Part shown: positions 9,700 through 18,611 of the stretch, piece after piece
Numbering within the stretch: the stretch's first letter is position 1
How the letters are laid out: every line of letters begins with the position of its first letter
Source of the DNA: Micromonosporaceae bacterium
Lineage (GTDB): Bacteria > Actinomycetota > Actinomycetes > Mycobacteriales > Micromonosporaceae
Length of the DNA stretch: 64,000 nucleotides
Assembly: GCA_052038195.1 (NCBI GenBank)
Contig: JBQGBY010000039.1
Span: forward strand, 3,162 to 67,161
Reading direction: 5' to 3'
Notes under the pieces: generated by a model
What the model was told of the DNA's origin: nothing
What the model saw: only the letters and a program-made list of their open reading frames with translations
Database searches by the model: none
Program-made: the position numbers and the translations under genes

Positions 9700-11610
9700 G
9701 TGACCGCCCGCGTACATCTCCTCCACCATCTCGGCGAAGAGCTTGGCGATCGCGGAGCGCTTCACCTTCTGGGTCGCGGTCAGCTCGCCGTCCTCGTGGT
9801 CGAGCTCCTTGGGCAGCAGGCGGAACTTCTTGATCTGCTCCACCGTGGCGAAGCGCTCGTTCACCGAGGTGACGATGCCCTGCACGAGCGCGACCACCTC
9901 GTCCTTCTCGGACAGGTCCCGGTAGGTCGTGTAGGCGATGCCCTTGCGCTGCGCCCAGTCGCCGACGGTCTCCAGCTCGATGCCGATGAGGGCGACCACG
10001 TACGGCCGGCGGTCCCCGATGACGATCGCCTCCTTGATGTACGGCGATGCCTTCAGCGCGTTCTCGATCTCGCTCGGCGCGATGTTCTTGCCGCCGGCCG
10101 TGATGATGATGTCCTTGGCCCGGTCGGTGATGCGCACGTGCGTGCCGCCGACCCACTCGCCGATGTCGCCGGTGTGCAGCCAGCCGTCCTCGGTCAGGAC
10201 CCGTGCGGTCGCCTCGGGGTCGCGGAAGTACCCCTGGAAGTTGCCCGGGTGCCGGGTGAGGATCTCACCGTTATCCTCGTCAATGCGGATCTCGACCCCC
10301 GCGTGCGCCTCGCCGACCGTGCCGAGGCGGACCCGCCCGCGCCGGTTGGCGGTGGCGATCGCCGAGTTCTCGGTCATTCCGTAGACCTCGTGCATCGGCA
10401 CACCGATGCCCATGAAGAACCGCAGGACCTCCGGCGCGATCGGGGCGGCGCCCGAGGCCGCGTAGCGGACCCGCCGCATGCCGATCCGCTCCCGCAGCGC
10501 ACGGTAGAAGAAGAGCCAGCCGAGGGCATAGAGGAGACGGGTGGTGGCGGTGTGGCGCCCGCCGGTGCGCACCAGCGTGTCGCCGATGCGGGCGGCGACG
10601 GCCAGCCACAGCTTCGTGTTGACGCGCTTGAACCACGAGGCGTTGCGCAGCCCGATGGTCACCGAGGCGAGGATGCGCTCCCAGATCCGTGGGACTCCGA
10701 ACAGGATGGTCGGCTGGATCTCGCGCAGGTTCGGCTGCACGGTGGCGATCGACTCGGCGAAGTTGACCTGCACTCCGGCGCCGGCGTTGAACCAGACCGT
10801 GAAGACCCGCTCGGCCACGTGGCACAGCGGCAGGTATGACAGCGTCAGGTCGCGCGGGCTGGGTGGCGGTGAGGTGAACCCGCCGCCGTCCACCAGGGCC
10901 ATGATGGCATACTCCACATTGGACACCGAGAGCATGGCGCCCTTGGGCGGACCGGTGGTGCCAGAGGTGTAGACCAGGGTCGCGATGTCGTCGGGCGTCG
11001 CGGTCGCCATCCGCTCCGGCACCGCCCCCGGGTGCTCGGCTCGATGCCGGGCTCCGAGGTCGAGCAGCTGCTCCCAGGAGAGCAGCTTCGGATGCTCGTA
11101 GCGGTTCCGGATGCCCCGCGGGTCGATGTACACGACCCGCTCCAGATCCGGGCACTGGTCCAGCACGGCGAGCGCCTTGTCCACCTGCTCCTGGTCCTCG
11201 GCCACGAGGACCTTCGCGCCCGAGTGGCTCAACAGGTACCCGACCTCGACCGCCGGGTTGGTGGGGTAGAGGCCGACGGTCACCGCCCGGACCGCGATGG
11301 TGGCCACGTCGGTGTAGAGCCACTCCCGCCGGTTCTCCGAATGGATGGCCACCCGGTCGCCGGGCTGCACGCCGAGTGCGATCAGCGCATGACCGACGGT
11401 CTGCACAGTGTCCCAATAGGACTCCCAGGTCACCTCCCGCCAGATGCCGAGCTCCTTCTCGCGCATCGCGACCCGACGCGGCATGGTGCGGGCCCGCTCG
11501 CGCACGCGGGTCGCGAGGGTCCGCACATCCGACGTACGGTCGGCGGCGACGGACGGATTGGCGGCGACCGAGGTACTCATGCCGGTGCTCGCTTCGCTGC
11601 GCGCGGGCAT
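9694..11610 (-). CDS. Long-chain-fatty-acid--CoA ligase (AMP-dependent synthetase/ligase) embedded in the ABC operon
   Basis: AMP-binding motif LVYTSGTTGPPKGAMLS, then YGMTENS, TGDIGEW and the C-terminal KVKR motif. An alternative start is ATG 11580. Confidence 0.85.
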   Translation of the reverse strand: MPARSEASTGMSTSVAANPSVAADRTSDVRTLATRVRERARTMPRRVAMREKELGIWREVTWESYWDTVQTVGHALIALGVQPGDRVAIHSENRREWLYTDVATIAVRAVTVGLYPTNPAVEVGYLLSHSGAKVLVAEDQEQVDKALAVLDQCPDLERVVYIDPRGIRNRYEHPKLLSWEQLLDLGARHRAEHPGAVPERMATATPDDIATLVYTSGTTGPPKGAMLSVSNVEYAIMALVDGGGFTSPPPSPRDLTLSYLPLCHVAERVFTVWFNAGAGVQVNFAESIATVQPNLREIQPTILFGVPRIWERILASVTIGLRNASWFKRVNTKLWLAVAARIGDTLVRTGGRHTATTRLLYALGWLFFYRALRERIGMRRVRYAASGAAPIAPEVLRFFMGIGVPMHEVYGMTENSAIATANRRGRVRLGTVGEAHAGVEIRIDEDNGEILTRHPGNFQGYFRDPEATARVLTEDGWLHTGDIGEWVGGTHVRITDRAKDIIITAGGKNIAPSEIENALKASPYIKEAIVIGDRRPYVVALIGIELETVGDWAQRKGIAYTTYRDLSEKDEVVALVQGIVTSVNERFATVEQIKKFRLLPKELDHEDGELTATQKVKRSAIAKLFAEMVEEMYAGGHR

Positions 11611-11630
11611 GAGCCACGGGCACGCTCAGC

Positions 11631-11713
11631 TACGTTTGCTCGCGATTGCGGGGCTCGCTGGCGCTCGCTCCTCACGCTCGCGGCTGCCTGTTGGTTCGCT
11701 CGCTGACGCTCGC
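11631..11713. repeat. Intergenic repeat family copy B: six GCTCGC hexamers in 76 nt, filling the livG-like/ligase gap
   Basis: GCTCGC occurs at 11638, 11653, 11663, 11676, 11698 and 11708. The 27-mer at 11647-11673 is identical to copy A. Confidence 0.9.
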
Positions 11714-12532
11714 TCATGCCCGTGACACCTCCCCCAGGTAGGCGCGCAGTACCTCAGGATCGGTCTGGATCTGCGCGGGCACACCGGTGGCGATGGCCCG
11801 GCCGAAGTCGACCACCAGCACGCGGTCGGCGAGGTCCATCACCAGACCCATGTCGTGCTCCACGAGGATGATCGGGATCCTCAGCTCGTCCCGGATATCG
11901 AGGATGAAGCGGGCCATGTCCTCGGTCTCCTCGAGGTTCATCCCGGCCACCGGCTCGTCGAGCAGCAGCAGCTTCGGGCGCATGGCCAGCGCCCGACCCA
12001 GTTCGACCCGCTTCTGCACGCCGTACGGGAGCAGGCCCACGGGCAGCCGGCGCCACTGCTCGAGCTCGAGGAACTCGACGATCCGCTCGGCCTCCTCCCG
12101 AGCAGCGCGCTCCTGCCGCCGCGCCCGGCCGAACCAGGCGATGGCGGCGAAGGTGCCATAGGTCAGGTGGGTGTGCAGGCCGAGCATGAGGTTGTCGAGC
12201 ACGGTCAGGTTGGCGAAGAGCTCGACGTTCTGAAACGTACGCGCCATCCCGGCCGCGGCTACCTGGTGCGGCCGGCGGCCCAGGATGTCCTGCCCGTCGA
12301 AGACGACGCGCCCACGCTGCGGTCGGTAGACCCCGGAGAGCACGTTGAAGATGGATGTCTTGCCGGCGCCGTTGGGACCGATGATGGCGAAGAGCTCGTC
12401 GCGGCCGACGGTGAAGCTGACTCCGTCGATCGCTAGCACGCCGGCGAAGGCGAGATGCACGTCGTCGAACACGAGGACCGCCTTCGCCGCCCCTATGGTC
12501 GGTGCCTCATCGACCCGGGTCACGAGAGCCAC
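11714..12532 (-). CDS. ABC transporter ATP-binding protein (LivG-like)
   Basis: Walker A GPNGAGKT, Walker B LLLLDEPVAG, H-loop ILVEHDM. 13-nt overlap with the upstream ATPase gene. Confidence 0.85.
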   Translation of the reverse strand: MALVTRVDEAPTIGAAKAVLVFDDVHLAFAGVLAIDGVSFTVGRDELFAIIGPNGAGKTSIFNVLSGVYRPQRGRVVFDGQDILGRRPHQVAAAGMARTFQNVELFANLTVLDNLMLGLHTHLTYGTFAAIAWFGRARRQERAAREEAERIVEFLELEQWRRLPVGLLPYGVQKRVELGRALAMRPKLLLLDEPVAGMNLEETEDMARFILDIRDELRIPIILVEHDMGLVMDLADRVLVVDFGRAIATGVPAQIQTDPEVLRAYLGEVSRA

Positions 12533-13305
12533 CGCTTGCGCCGTTTGTAGTGCTTGACCTCGCGGAAGCTGCGGACCGAACCCTCGGGATGCAGGCCCAG
12601 ATAGAACTCCCTCACATCGTCGTCGGCCAGCAGCTCGCTCGCCGCGGCGTCCAGGACGACCTTGCCAGTCTCCAGCACGTACCCGTACGAGGCGATCGAC
12701 AGCGCCATCGTCGCGTTCTGCTCGACCAGCAGGACACCGGTGCCCTGGCGGTTGATCTCGACAATCAGGTCACGGATCTGTTCCACCAGCCGGGGCGCCA
12801 GTCCGAGGCTCGGCTCGTCCAGCAAGAGGAATCGGGGCGAGGCCATCAGCGCTCGCCCCATCGCGAGCATCTGCTGTTCGCCGCCCGAGAGGTATCCGGC
12901 GGTCTCCCGGCGCCGACGTGCCAGCACCGGGAAGAGGGTGTACGCTCGGTCGATCCTCGCGGCGCGACCGCGTGGGTATAAGTGCGCCCCGATGCGCAGA
13001 TTCTCCTCGACCGAGAGTTCGGTGAAGATCCGACGCCCCTCCAGCACCTGGCTGACGCCGCGCCGCACGATGGACGCCGGTCTCAGTTGGTGGATCGGTT
13101 TGCCGTCAAGCAGGATAGAGCCCTTGGTGATCCGTCCATCGTGGACGTCCAAGAGCCCGCACACGGCGCGCAGCAACGTGGTCTTGCCGGCACCGTTGGC
13201 ACCGAGCAAAGCCACGATCTGTCCGGGCTGAACCTTGAGGCTGATGCCCCGTAGCACCAGCATGACGTCGTCGTAGACGACCTCAAGGTTCTGCACCTGC
13301 AACAT
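12520..13305 (-). CDS. ABC transporter ATP-binding protein (LivF-like) with a basic C-terminal extension
   Basis: Start MLQVQNLEVVYDD (ATG 13305). Walker A GANGAGKT, signature LSGGEQQML, Walker B LLLLDEPSLG. Tail is KHYKRRKRWLS. Confidence 0.85.
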   Translation of the reverse strand: MLQVQNLEVVYDDVMLVLRGISLKVQPGQIVALLGANGAGKTTLLRAVCGLLDVHDGRITKGSILLDGKPIHQLRPASIVRRGVSQVLEGRRIFTELSVEENLRIGAHLYPRGRAARIDRAYTLFPVLARRRRETAGYLSGGEQQMLAMGRALMASPRFLLLDEPSLGLAPRLVEQIRDLIVEINRQGTGVLLVEQNATMALSIASYGYVLETGKVVLDAAASELLADDDVREFYLGLHPEGSVRSFREVKHYKRRKRWLS

Positions 13306-13500
13306 TGCTCGGCTCCCTAAGTTACCGAGCATTAAACATGTGGAAACGCTCAAGCAAAAGACCCCGGCACCAGGCGGATAGATAACGACATGATCACCGG
13401 GCCGGCGTACAAGTGTCCGGACACGCGACGACGACACCCAACGACCATCGACAGAGGTCCCTGGATGTCGTCGGCGCTGGCGACGGCCTCCCGCCGGCCC

Positions 13501-14100
13501 TCACCGCATGGCGTTTCCCTGACTCCCGCTGGTGCCCCGGTTCCAGGACAGGCGCGTCAGCAGGTCCCGGGCCTGATCGGCGTAGGGCGCGGAGACATTC
13601 ACCGCGTACTCCGATGCGCGCAACTGGCTGCGCGAGCTGAAGTCCCGCTGCCCGCGCGTCGTGGCCTGGGCGACCGCGCCGAAGATCGCGCCCCACACGG
13701 CGCCGATGAGTACGGCGGCTAGCACTACGGCGACCCATCCGCCTACGAACAGGCCCAGCAACAGACCGATGAGCAGACCGAACCAGGCACCAGCGCCGGC
13801 GCCGGACAGGGCCGCGCGACCCGTCGTCAGGCGTCCGAGCACCTGCTCCTCCAAACGGAGCCCAGTGCCAACGATCGATGTATTCTGCACCGGGAACCCC
13901 TGGTCCGACAGGTGGTCGACCGCGCGCTGAGCGTCGGCGTAGTCGGCGTACGACGCGACCGTGACCGACGGCTGCTCGGCGGTCGGCTGTGGCCATGGTC
14001 GGGTGTTCATAGCCTGTGAGCCCGGCGGGGCCTGCGCTACGGATGGCATCGTCTGCATACCGGATGCCATCTGTGGCATCGACGATCTGGTTGTGGCCAT
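13501..14100 (-). CDS. General-stress-protein-17M-like domain membrane protein
   Basis: AGGAGG RBS upstream of ATG 14100. Soluble block ASYADYADAQRAVDHLSDQGFPVQNTSIVG is followed by a glycine-zipper TM pair. Confidence 0.65.
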   Translation of the reverse strand: MATTRSSMPQMASGMQTMPSVAQAPPGSQAMNTRPWPQPTAEQPSVTVASYADYADAQRAVDHLSDQGFPVQNTSIVGTGLRLEEQVLGRLTTGRAALSGAGAGAWFGLLIGLLLGLFVGGWVAVVLAAVLIGAVWGAIFGAVAQATTRGQRDFSSRSQLRASEYAVNVSAPYADQARDLLTRLSWNRGTSGSQGNAMR

Positions 14101-14196
14101 GGTCTACCCCTCCTTCTTGCGCCGTATGACCGGGGACGCCGCCACCGCAGTGGCGGCGCCCCCGGCACCGGTGCATCCTGGTGTAACCGCGCTGGC

Positions 14197-14643
14197 TCAG
14201 GTCGCCATGCGACGGCCCGCGCTCGCGCCCTTGTGCGCGCGTGGAGATTGGGCGCGGCTTGTCTGGGTCCGGTTCGCCTGCGCCCGGGGTTGCGCCCGCT
14301 TGGTCTGCGCCCGGCTCGTCTGGCGTGGCTGCGAGTAGGCGCTCTGCGAGTAACGGCTCTGACCCTGGCCGCCACCCGCGACAAGCGTCTTGAACGACGT
14401 GCCGGGACGGAACGCCGGGACAGTTGTCTTCTTCACTCTGATCGGCTCGCCGGTACGGGGGTTGCGGCCCGTACGCGCGGCGCGATCCCGCTTCTCGAAG
14501 ACGCCGAACCCCGTGATGTTCACCTTCTCCCCCGAAGACACCGCGTGCTCGATCTCATTCACCACGGCGTCAACGGCCTTGCTGGAGGTCTTCTGGTCGC
14601 CCAGGTGTCCGGCCAGCCTCTCGATGAGCTCACCCTTGTTCAC
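14197..14643 (-). CDS. hup: HU family nucleoid protein with a 55-60 aa Arg/Gln/Thr/Ser-rich C-terminal tail
   Basis: GTG start gives (M)NKGELIERLAGHLG...GFGVFEKRDRAARTGRNPRTGEPIRVKKTTVPAFRPG (HU fold). The tail is SRYSQSAYSQPRQTSRAQTKRAQPRAQANRTQTSRAQSPRAHKG. Confidence 0.85.
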   Translation of the reverse strand: MNKGELIERLAGHLGDQKTSSKAVDAVVNEIEHAVSSGEKVNITGFGVFEKRDRAARTGRNPRTGEPIRVKKTTVPAFRPGTSFKTLVAGGGQGQSRYSQSAYSQPRQTSRAQTKRAQPRAQANRTQTSRAQSPRAHKGASAGRRMAT

Positions 14644-14977
14644 TGCAGTCCCCCATTCGCGAGGCTTGCGGAGCGAGTCACGCAAGCAACTCTGGGTCGT
14701 CGCCTTGGTACGGCGCGCCCGGGACCTTCGATGACCAGCACCGCCGGCCCGCGTTTGGCCCGTACGTCAGGCCCCGATCAAGAGGCGACGCTACCGCAGG
14801 TCCGCGGGCATCGTGGCAACTCCGCGCCATCGGTGGCAAACGGCCCTGGCCGGTCGTAGCGTTGGCGGAACAGCGGGATTCGGGCCAGCCGACGCGCGAG
14901 CCTGCTGAGCCCACATTGCCTGCTGAGTTCGCGCGGGTGGCTAAGTGGGGGCGAGCCACTCACCCGAGGAGGCGACG

Positions 14978-15304
14978 ATGCCGCAGCGGTCATGGAACGC
15001 CAAGCGTGAGAGCCAGTACGAGCACATCAAGTCCAGTGCCATCCAACGCGGTGAGTCCGAGGATCGGGCGCAGGAGATCGCCGCCCGCACCGTGAACAAG
15101 GAGCGGGCCCGCTCCGGCGAGTCCCGCGCCTCGTCGCGCCTGTCGCGCACCGACCTGCCATCGGGCCGGCGCGGCGGGCTCGGCTCACACAGCGGAAGCG
15201 GCGGTCGCACGCGAGAGCAGCTGTACCAGGAGGCGCAGCGCCGTAACATCAAGGGCCGCTCCAGCATGAGCAAGGGCCAGCTCGAGCGGGCCGTCGGCGG
15301 CTGA
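14978..15304 (+). CDS. Small conserved actinobacterial protein with a Rho_N/SAP-like C-terminal motif (often annotated as plasmid stabilization protein)
   Basis: GAGGAGG RBS at 14966-14972. MPQRSWNAKRESQYEHIK...TREQLYQEAQRRNIKGRSSMSKGQLERAV. Confidence 0.65.
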   Translation: MPQRSWNAKRESQYEHIKSSAIQRGESEDRAQEIAARTVNKERARSGESRASSRLSRTDLPSGRRGGLGSHSGSGGRTREQLYQEAQRRNIKGRSSMSKGQLERAVGG

Positions 15305-15345
15305 CTTCGCCGCGGCGAGCTACCGGCGGTCGACCACGATCCATT

Positions 15346-15912
15346 GTGGGCACTGCCGGACCATCCGACCCGCTCGGGCGGGTATGTACCGAGCCGTCGC
15401 CAGCCGGTAGTGCCTCGGGGTCGGTGTCTATCGCCGCCGCCTCCTGGGCGAAGTCGCTGACGCGCGCGAGGCTGACCCCATACCGGCTGGAAGGCCAGAA
15501 GGGCAGCCGTCCCAAGGGCGGTCGAGCGAGGAAGGCGACGTCGACGGCCGCCGCCAGCCAGCCCGCGCCCACCGCCGACCGGCTGCTCGGCTTCCTGGCC
15601 AGCCCACCGGTGCTCGACGTCCTCGACGAGGACGAGCTGCGGGGCTGGTCGGTGGAGATCGTGCGGCTGGCCCGCCGCAACGGATACCTGGCGAGCACGG
15701 CGGACGCTATCACAGTCTTCGAGACATCGATTTTTCTCGCCAGCCTGCGCGGCCGCGCCCGTCCCACGCCTTACGACTTCCAGGACGCCGCGATCACGTG
15801 CATCGAGAAGGATATCGTGCCCGGCCGCCGGGACGTGCGCCGCGGTGGCCGGGCTGCTGCGCGCACATCCGGCCACTGTGGACGGTGTGGCCGCCCTACT
15901 CGGCTGCGCTGA
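15346..15912 (+). CDS. Hypothetical protein; probable frame change near 15820, with an alternative 3' end at 16015
   Basis: High GC3 and protein-like sequence (LDVLDEDELRGWSVEIVRLARRNGYLAS...) run to about 15820. After that the +1 frame reads more plausibly and stops at TAA 16013-16015, just before a strong hairpin. Confidence 0.35.
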   Translation: MGTAGPSDPLGRVCTEPSPAGSASGSVSIAAASWAKSLTRARLTPYRLEGQKGSRPKGGRARKATSTAAASQPAPTADRLLGFLASPPVLDVLDEDELRGWSVEIVRLARRNGYLASTADAITVFETSIFLASLRGRARPTPYDFQDAAITCIEKDIVPGRRDVRRGGRAAARTSGHCGRCGRPTRLR

Positions 15913-16016
15913 CGGCTGGACCGAACCGAGTGACGTGGACAGTGGCGGCGTCCGTACGCTGCTGGCCACTCACCCGGCAACGACATCCGCGGTCGTCGCC
16001 GCGCTCTCCGGGTAAC

Positions 16017-16071
16017 CAAGGTCATCCGACGGAAACTGAAGTCGCACTTCAGGTCTCGTCGGATGACCTTG
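16017..16071. terminator. Very strong hairpin (15-bp perfect outer stem plus 7-bp inner stem)
   Basis: caaggtcatccgacg (16017-16031) pairs with cgtcggatgaccttg (16057-16071). Inner stem is ctgaagt/acttcag with loop cgc. Confidence 0.6.
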
Positions 16072-16141
16072 ATTGTGGCGAACGGGTCGGGGGTTAGCAT
16101 GGCCACGACGATGACACCGCCGGCAACGCTGAGAGGGAGCC

Positions 16142-16873
16142 ATGTCGAAGAATCTGGCCGTGCCGCTGGCTCCCAGCGTCTTCCGGATCCCGACCGCCGG
16201 CCGGGCACTGATCAACACGTTCGCCTTCGTCGACGACGAAGGGGTGACGCTCGTCGACTGCGGTGTCGCCAAGGCACCGCCGCGGATCGTCGCGGGTCTG
16301 GCGGCCATGGGCAAGGATCCGGCCGACGTCACCCGGATCGTGCTCACGCACGTACACCCCGACCACGCCGGAGGTGCCGCCGAGACGCAGCGTCGCACTG
16401 GCGCATCGGTGCTGGTGCACGAGCGGGACGTGCACTTCGCGGAGACGGCCACGACGCCGGTCCCGGTACGGCCCACACTCACCGGCCGGATCTTCCGCCG
16501 GCTCACCGCGTCCGTCACGTGGGAGCCCGTCGAGGTGACGGCGCCGCTGGCCGACGGCGACACCCTCCCCGTCGCCGGGGGCCTGCGGGTCCTGCACACC
16601 CCGGGCCACACACCCGGTCACGTGTCGCTGCTGCACGAGCCGACCGGCCTGCTGATCACCGGCGATGCCATCTGGAACCTCGGCGGACTGCGACGGGCGC
16701 CGGCGCTGGGCTGCTGGGACGTCCGGATGACCGAGCGTACGGCCCATGTCCTCGGAGATCTCGACTACGAGATCGTGGCGTTCACGCACGGCGAGGAGAT
16801 CCGCCAACGGGCCCGCGAACAGGTACGCCGACTGCTCGCGCGGCTGGAGTCGCCCGCGGGGCCCGACGCCTGA
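16142..16873 (+). CDS. MBL-fold metallo-hydrolase
   Basis: Metal motif THVHPDHAGG, downstream HTPGHTPGH. RBS GAGGGAG. Confidence 0.8.
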   Translation: MSKNLAVPLAPSVFRIPTAGRALINTFAFVDDEGVTLVDCGVAKAPPRIVAGLAAMGKDPADVTRIVLTHVHPDHAGGAAETQRRTGASVLVHERDVHFAETATTPVPVRPTLTGRIFRRLTASVTWEPVEVTAPLADGDTLPVAGGLRVLHTPGHTPGHVSLLHEPTGLLITGDAIWNLGGLRRAPALGCWDVRMTERTAHVLGDLDYEIVAFTHGEEIRQRAREQVRRLLARLESPAGPDA

Positions 16874-16933
16874 CCTACGCCGATCCCGTGTACTGGCGCA
16901 CGAACGCGGCCGCCGCCGCGTCCTGCGTCGCCA

Positions 16934-17236
16934 TCAGCGGCGGCGCGGGGTCGGGCGGACCTCGAATCCGGCGAGGCGTTCGACCTCCTCCTCGCGGAGA
17001 TCGACGGATTGAACTACGGCCGCACGCGGCCCGCGGCGGGTCCACTCCACCAGCCGGCCGACCGCGTCCGGGGCCCCCTCGAAGACGGCCTCGACGGTGC
17101 CGTCCGGCAGGTTGCGGACCCATCCGTTGACGCCGTACGCGGTCGCCACCGACTGGCACGTGTCCCGGAACGCGACGCCCTGCACGACCCCGGAAACGAC
17201 CACCCGTCTACGGATCACGACCCCACGGTACGACAA
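16934..17236 (-). CDS. acyP: Acylphosphatase
   Basis: VSGVVQGVAFRDTC...GWVRNLPDGTVEAVFEG matches the acylphosphatase signatures. The true start may be a few codons inside. Confidence 0.8.
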   Translation of the reverse strand: MSYRGVVIRRRVVVSGVVQGVAFRDTCQSVATAYGVNGWVRNLPDGTVEAVFEGAPDAVGRLVEWTRRGPRAAVVQSVDLREEEVERLAGFEVRPTPRRR

Positions 17237-17248
17237 CCGTCCCGGCTC

Positions 17249-17644
17249 CTAGTCGAGGATCCAGCGCCGTACGGCGTCCGAGGCGGGCAACTGGTCGACG
17301 ACCACGACAGCCGCGGTCAGCACGACGGCGGCGACGCTCCACCTCACCAACCGGCTCGCATCCTGCCGCGACGCGATGACGATGCCGACCATCGAGAGCA
17401 CGGCCGACGGGACGGCGAGCCAGGGACCGAGCAGCACGAAGAACATGGTGAAGGCGTGCACCACCCGGATGACGACGTTGAGCAGTCCGCTGCCGAGCTC
17501 CTTGGGATCGTGGAGCCGGGCCGCGAACTCCTCGGCGCCGATCGCGGCCCGCGCCCCTGCGTAGAGCACGTAGGCAGCCGCACACGATGCCGCGAACACG
17601 TACTGCACGGCGTTCGCGCACTTTGTCACCAGGCTCCAGGGCAC
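17249..17644 (-). CDS. Hypothetical small membrane protein (3-4 TM)
   Basis: 131-aa ORF with hydrophobic helices and good GC3. No recognisable family. Confidence 0.5.
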   Translation of the reverse strand: MPWSLVTKCANAVQYVFAASCAAAYVLYAGARAAIGAEEFAARLHDPKELGSGLLNVVIRVVHAFTMFFVLLGPWLAVPSAVLSMVGIVIASRQDASRLVRWSVAAVVLTAAVVVVDQLPASDAVRRWILD

Positions 17645-17771
17645 AGTTCTCCGCCTCCGTCGCTCGGTGCGCGGTGCTCGCGCCGGAGGCCGATGCTACG
17701 CCGGAACGGGGTGACGGGGCGGACCCGCGTGTCGATATGCTGCGCTCGCCGATCACGGCGGGGAGGCTGAG

Positions 17772-18611
17772 ATGACTGCAGTGGATCCGAAGCCGAAGCG
17801 GTCGATGGCGCCGTGGGCCCCGAAGTGGCAACCGAAGGCACTCGACGCGGCCCTGACCGCCGCCGGTGGTCGTCTCGGGCAGCCGCAGAGTCAGCACTGG
17901 AGGGTCCTCAGTGCACAGTGGGCCATCTTCGTCTTCGCGCCGATCATGGCCATCGGCATCTTCGGGTTGTGCTGCGCGGCGCCCGCCGTGTTCTTCTCCG
18001 ACGCGCGCAGCGCCACTGCCTACTTCGCACTGGGCGGCGTGGCCGTGCTCGCACTCGGTTTCGGGGTCGCCACGCTCACCAGCCCCCGGCGGGCGGTCGG
18101 GGTCGTCGTGTTCGAGCACGGCCTCGTCCACGTCGATGGCGAGCGGACCCAGGTCATCGGTTGGTCCGAGGTGACCAACGTGTGGCGGCGGGTCACGGAG
18201 TACTACGACACGTCGATGCAGAAGTCGAAGACCCGGCGCACGAAGTACCACGTCATCCTCGAGTCCATCTCGTCCAGCCCGGTCCACGTGAACGACGAGT
18301 TCACCGAGATCGAAGCGCTGACCGACCACATCGTCACGGAGGTCACGCGACGGCAGCTGCCCGAGGCCGTACGGCTGGTCCAGCAGGGCCAGACGCTGCG
18401 GTTCGGGCCGTTCGGCGTCGGCCCGCACGGCATCGACAACGGTCGCGAGACACTGCCGTGGAGCCAGATCAGGGAACTCCAGGTCATCCAGGGCGAGATC
18501 CGGATCAGGAAGGACGGCAAGTGGCTGTCCTGGTCCCGCGCGGACGTGGGCGACATCCCGAACTTCTTCGTCTTCTTCGCCGTCGCCCAGTCCCTGGCGG
18601 CACGGGAGTAG
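17772..18611 (+). CDS. Hypothetical membrane protein (2 TM plus C-terminal soluble domain)
   Basis: GGGGAGG RBS. Lysine-containing, non-Arg/Pro-biased sequence (VTEYYDTSMQKSKTRRTKYHVILESISS...) argues for real coding. Confidence 0.65.
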   Translation: MTAVDPKPKRSMAPWAPKWQPKALDAALTAAGGRLGQPQSQHWRVLSAQWAIFVFAPIMAIGIFGLCCAAPAVFFSDARSATAYFALGGVAVLALGFGVATLTSPRRAVGVVVFEHGLVHVDGERTQVIGWSEVTNVWRRVTEYYDTSMQKSKTRRTKYHVILESISSSPVHVNDEFTEIEALTDHIVTEVTRRQLPEAVRLVQQGQTLRFGPFGVGPHGIDNGRETLPWSQIRELQVIQGEIRIRKDGKWLSWSRADVGDIPNFFVFFAVAQSLAARE

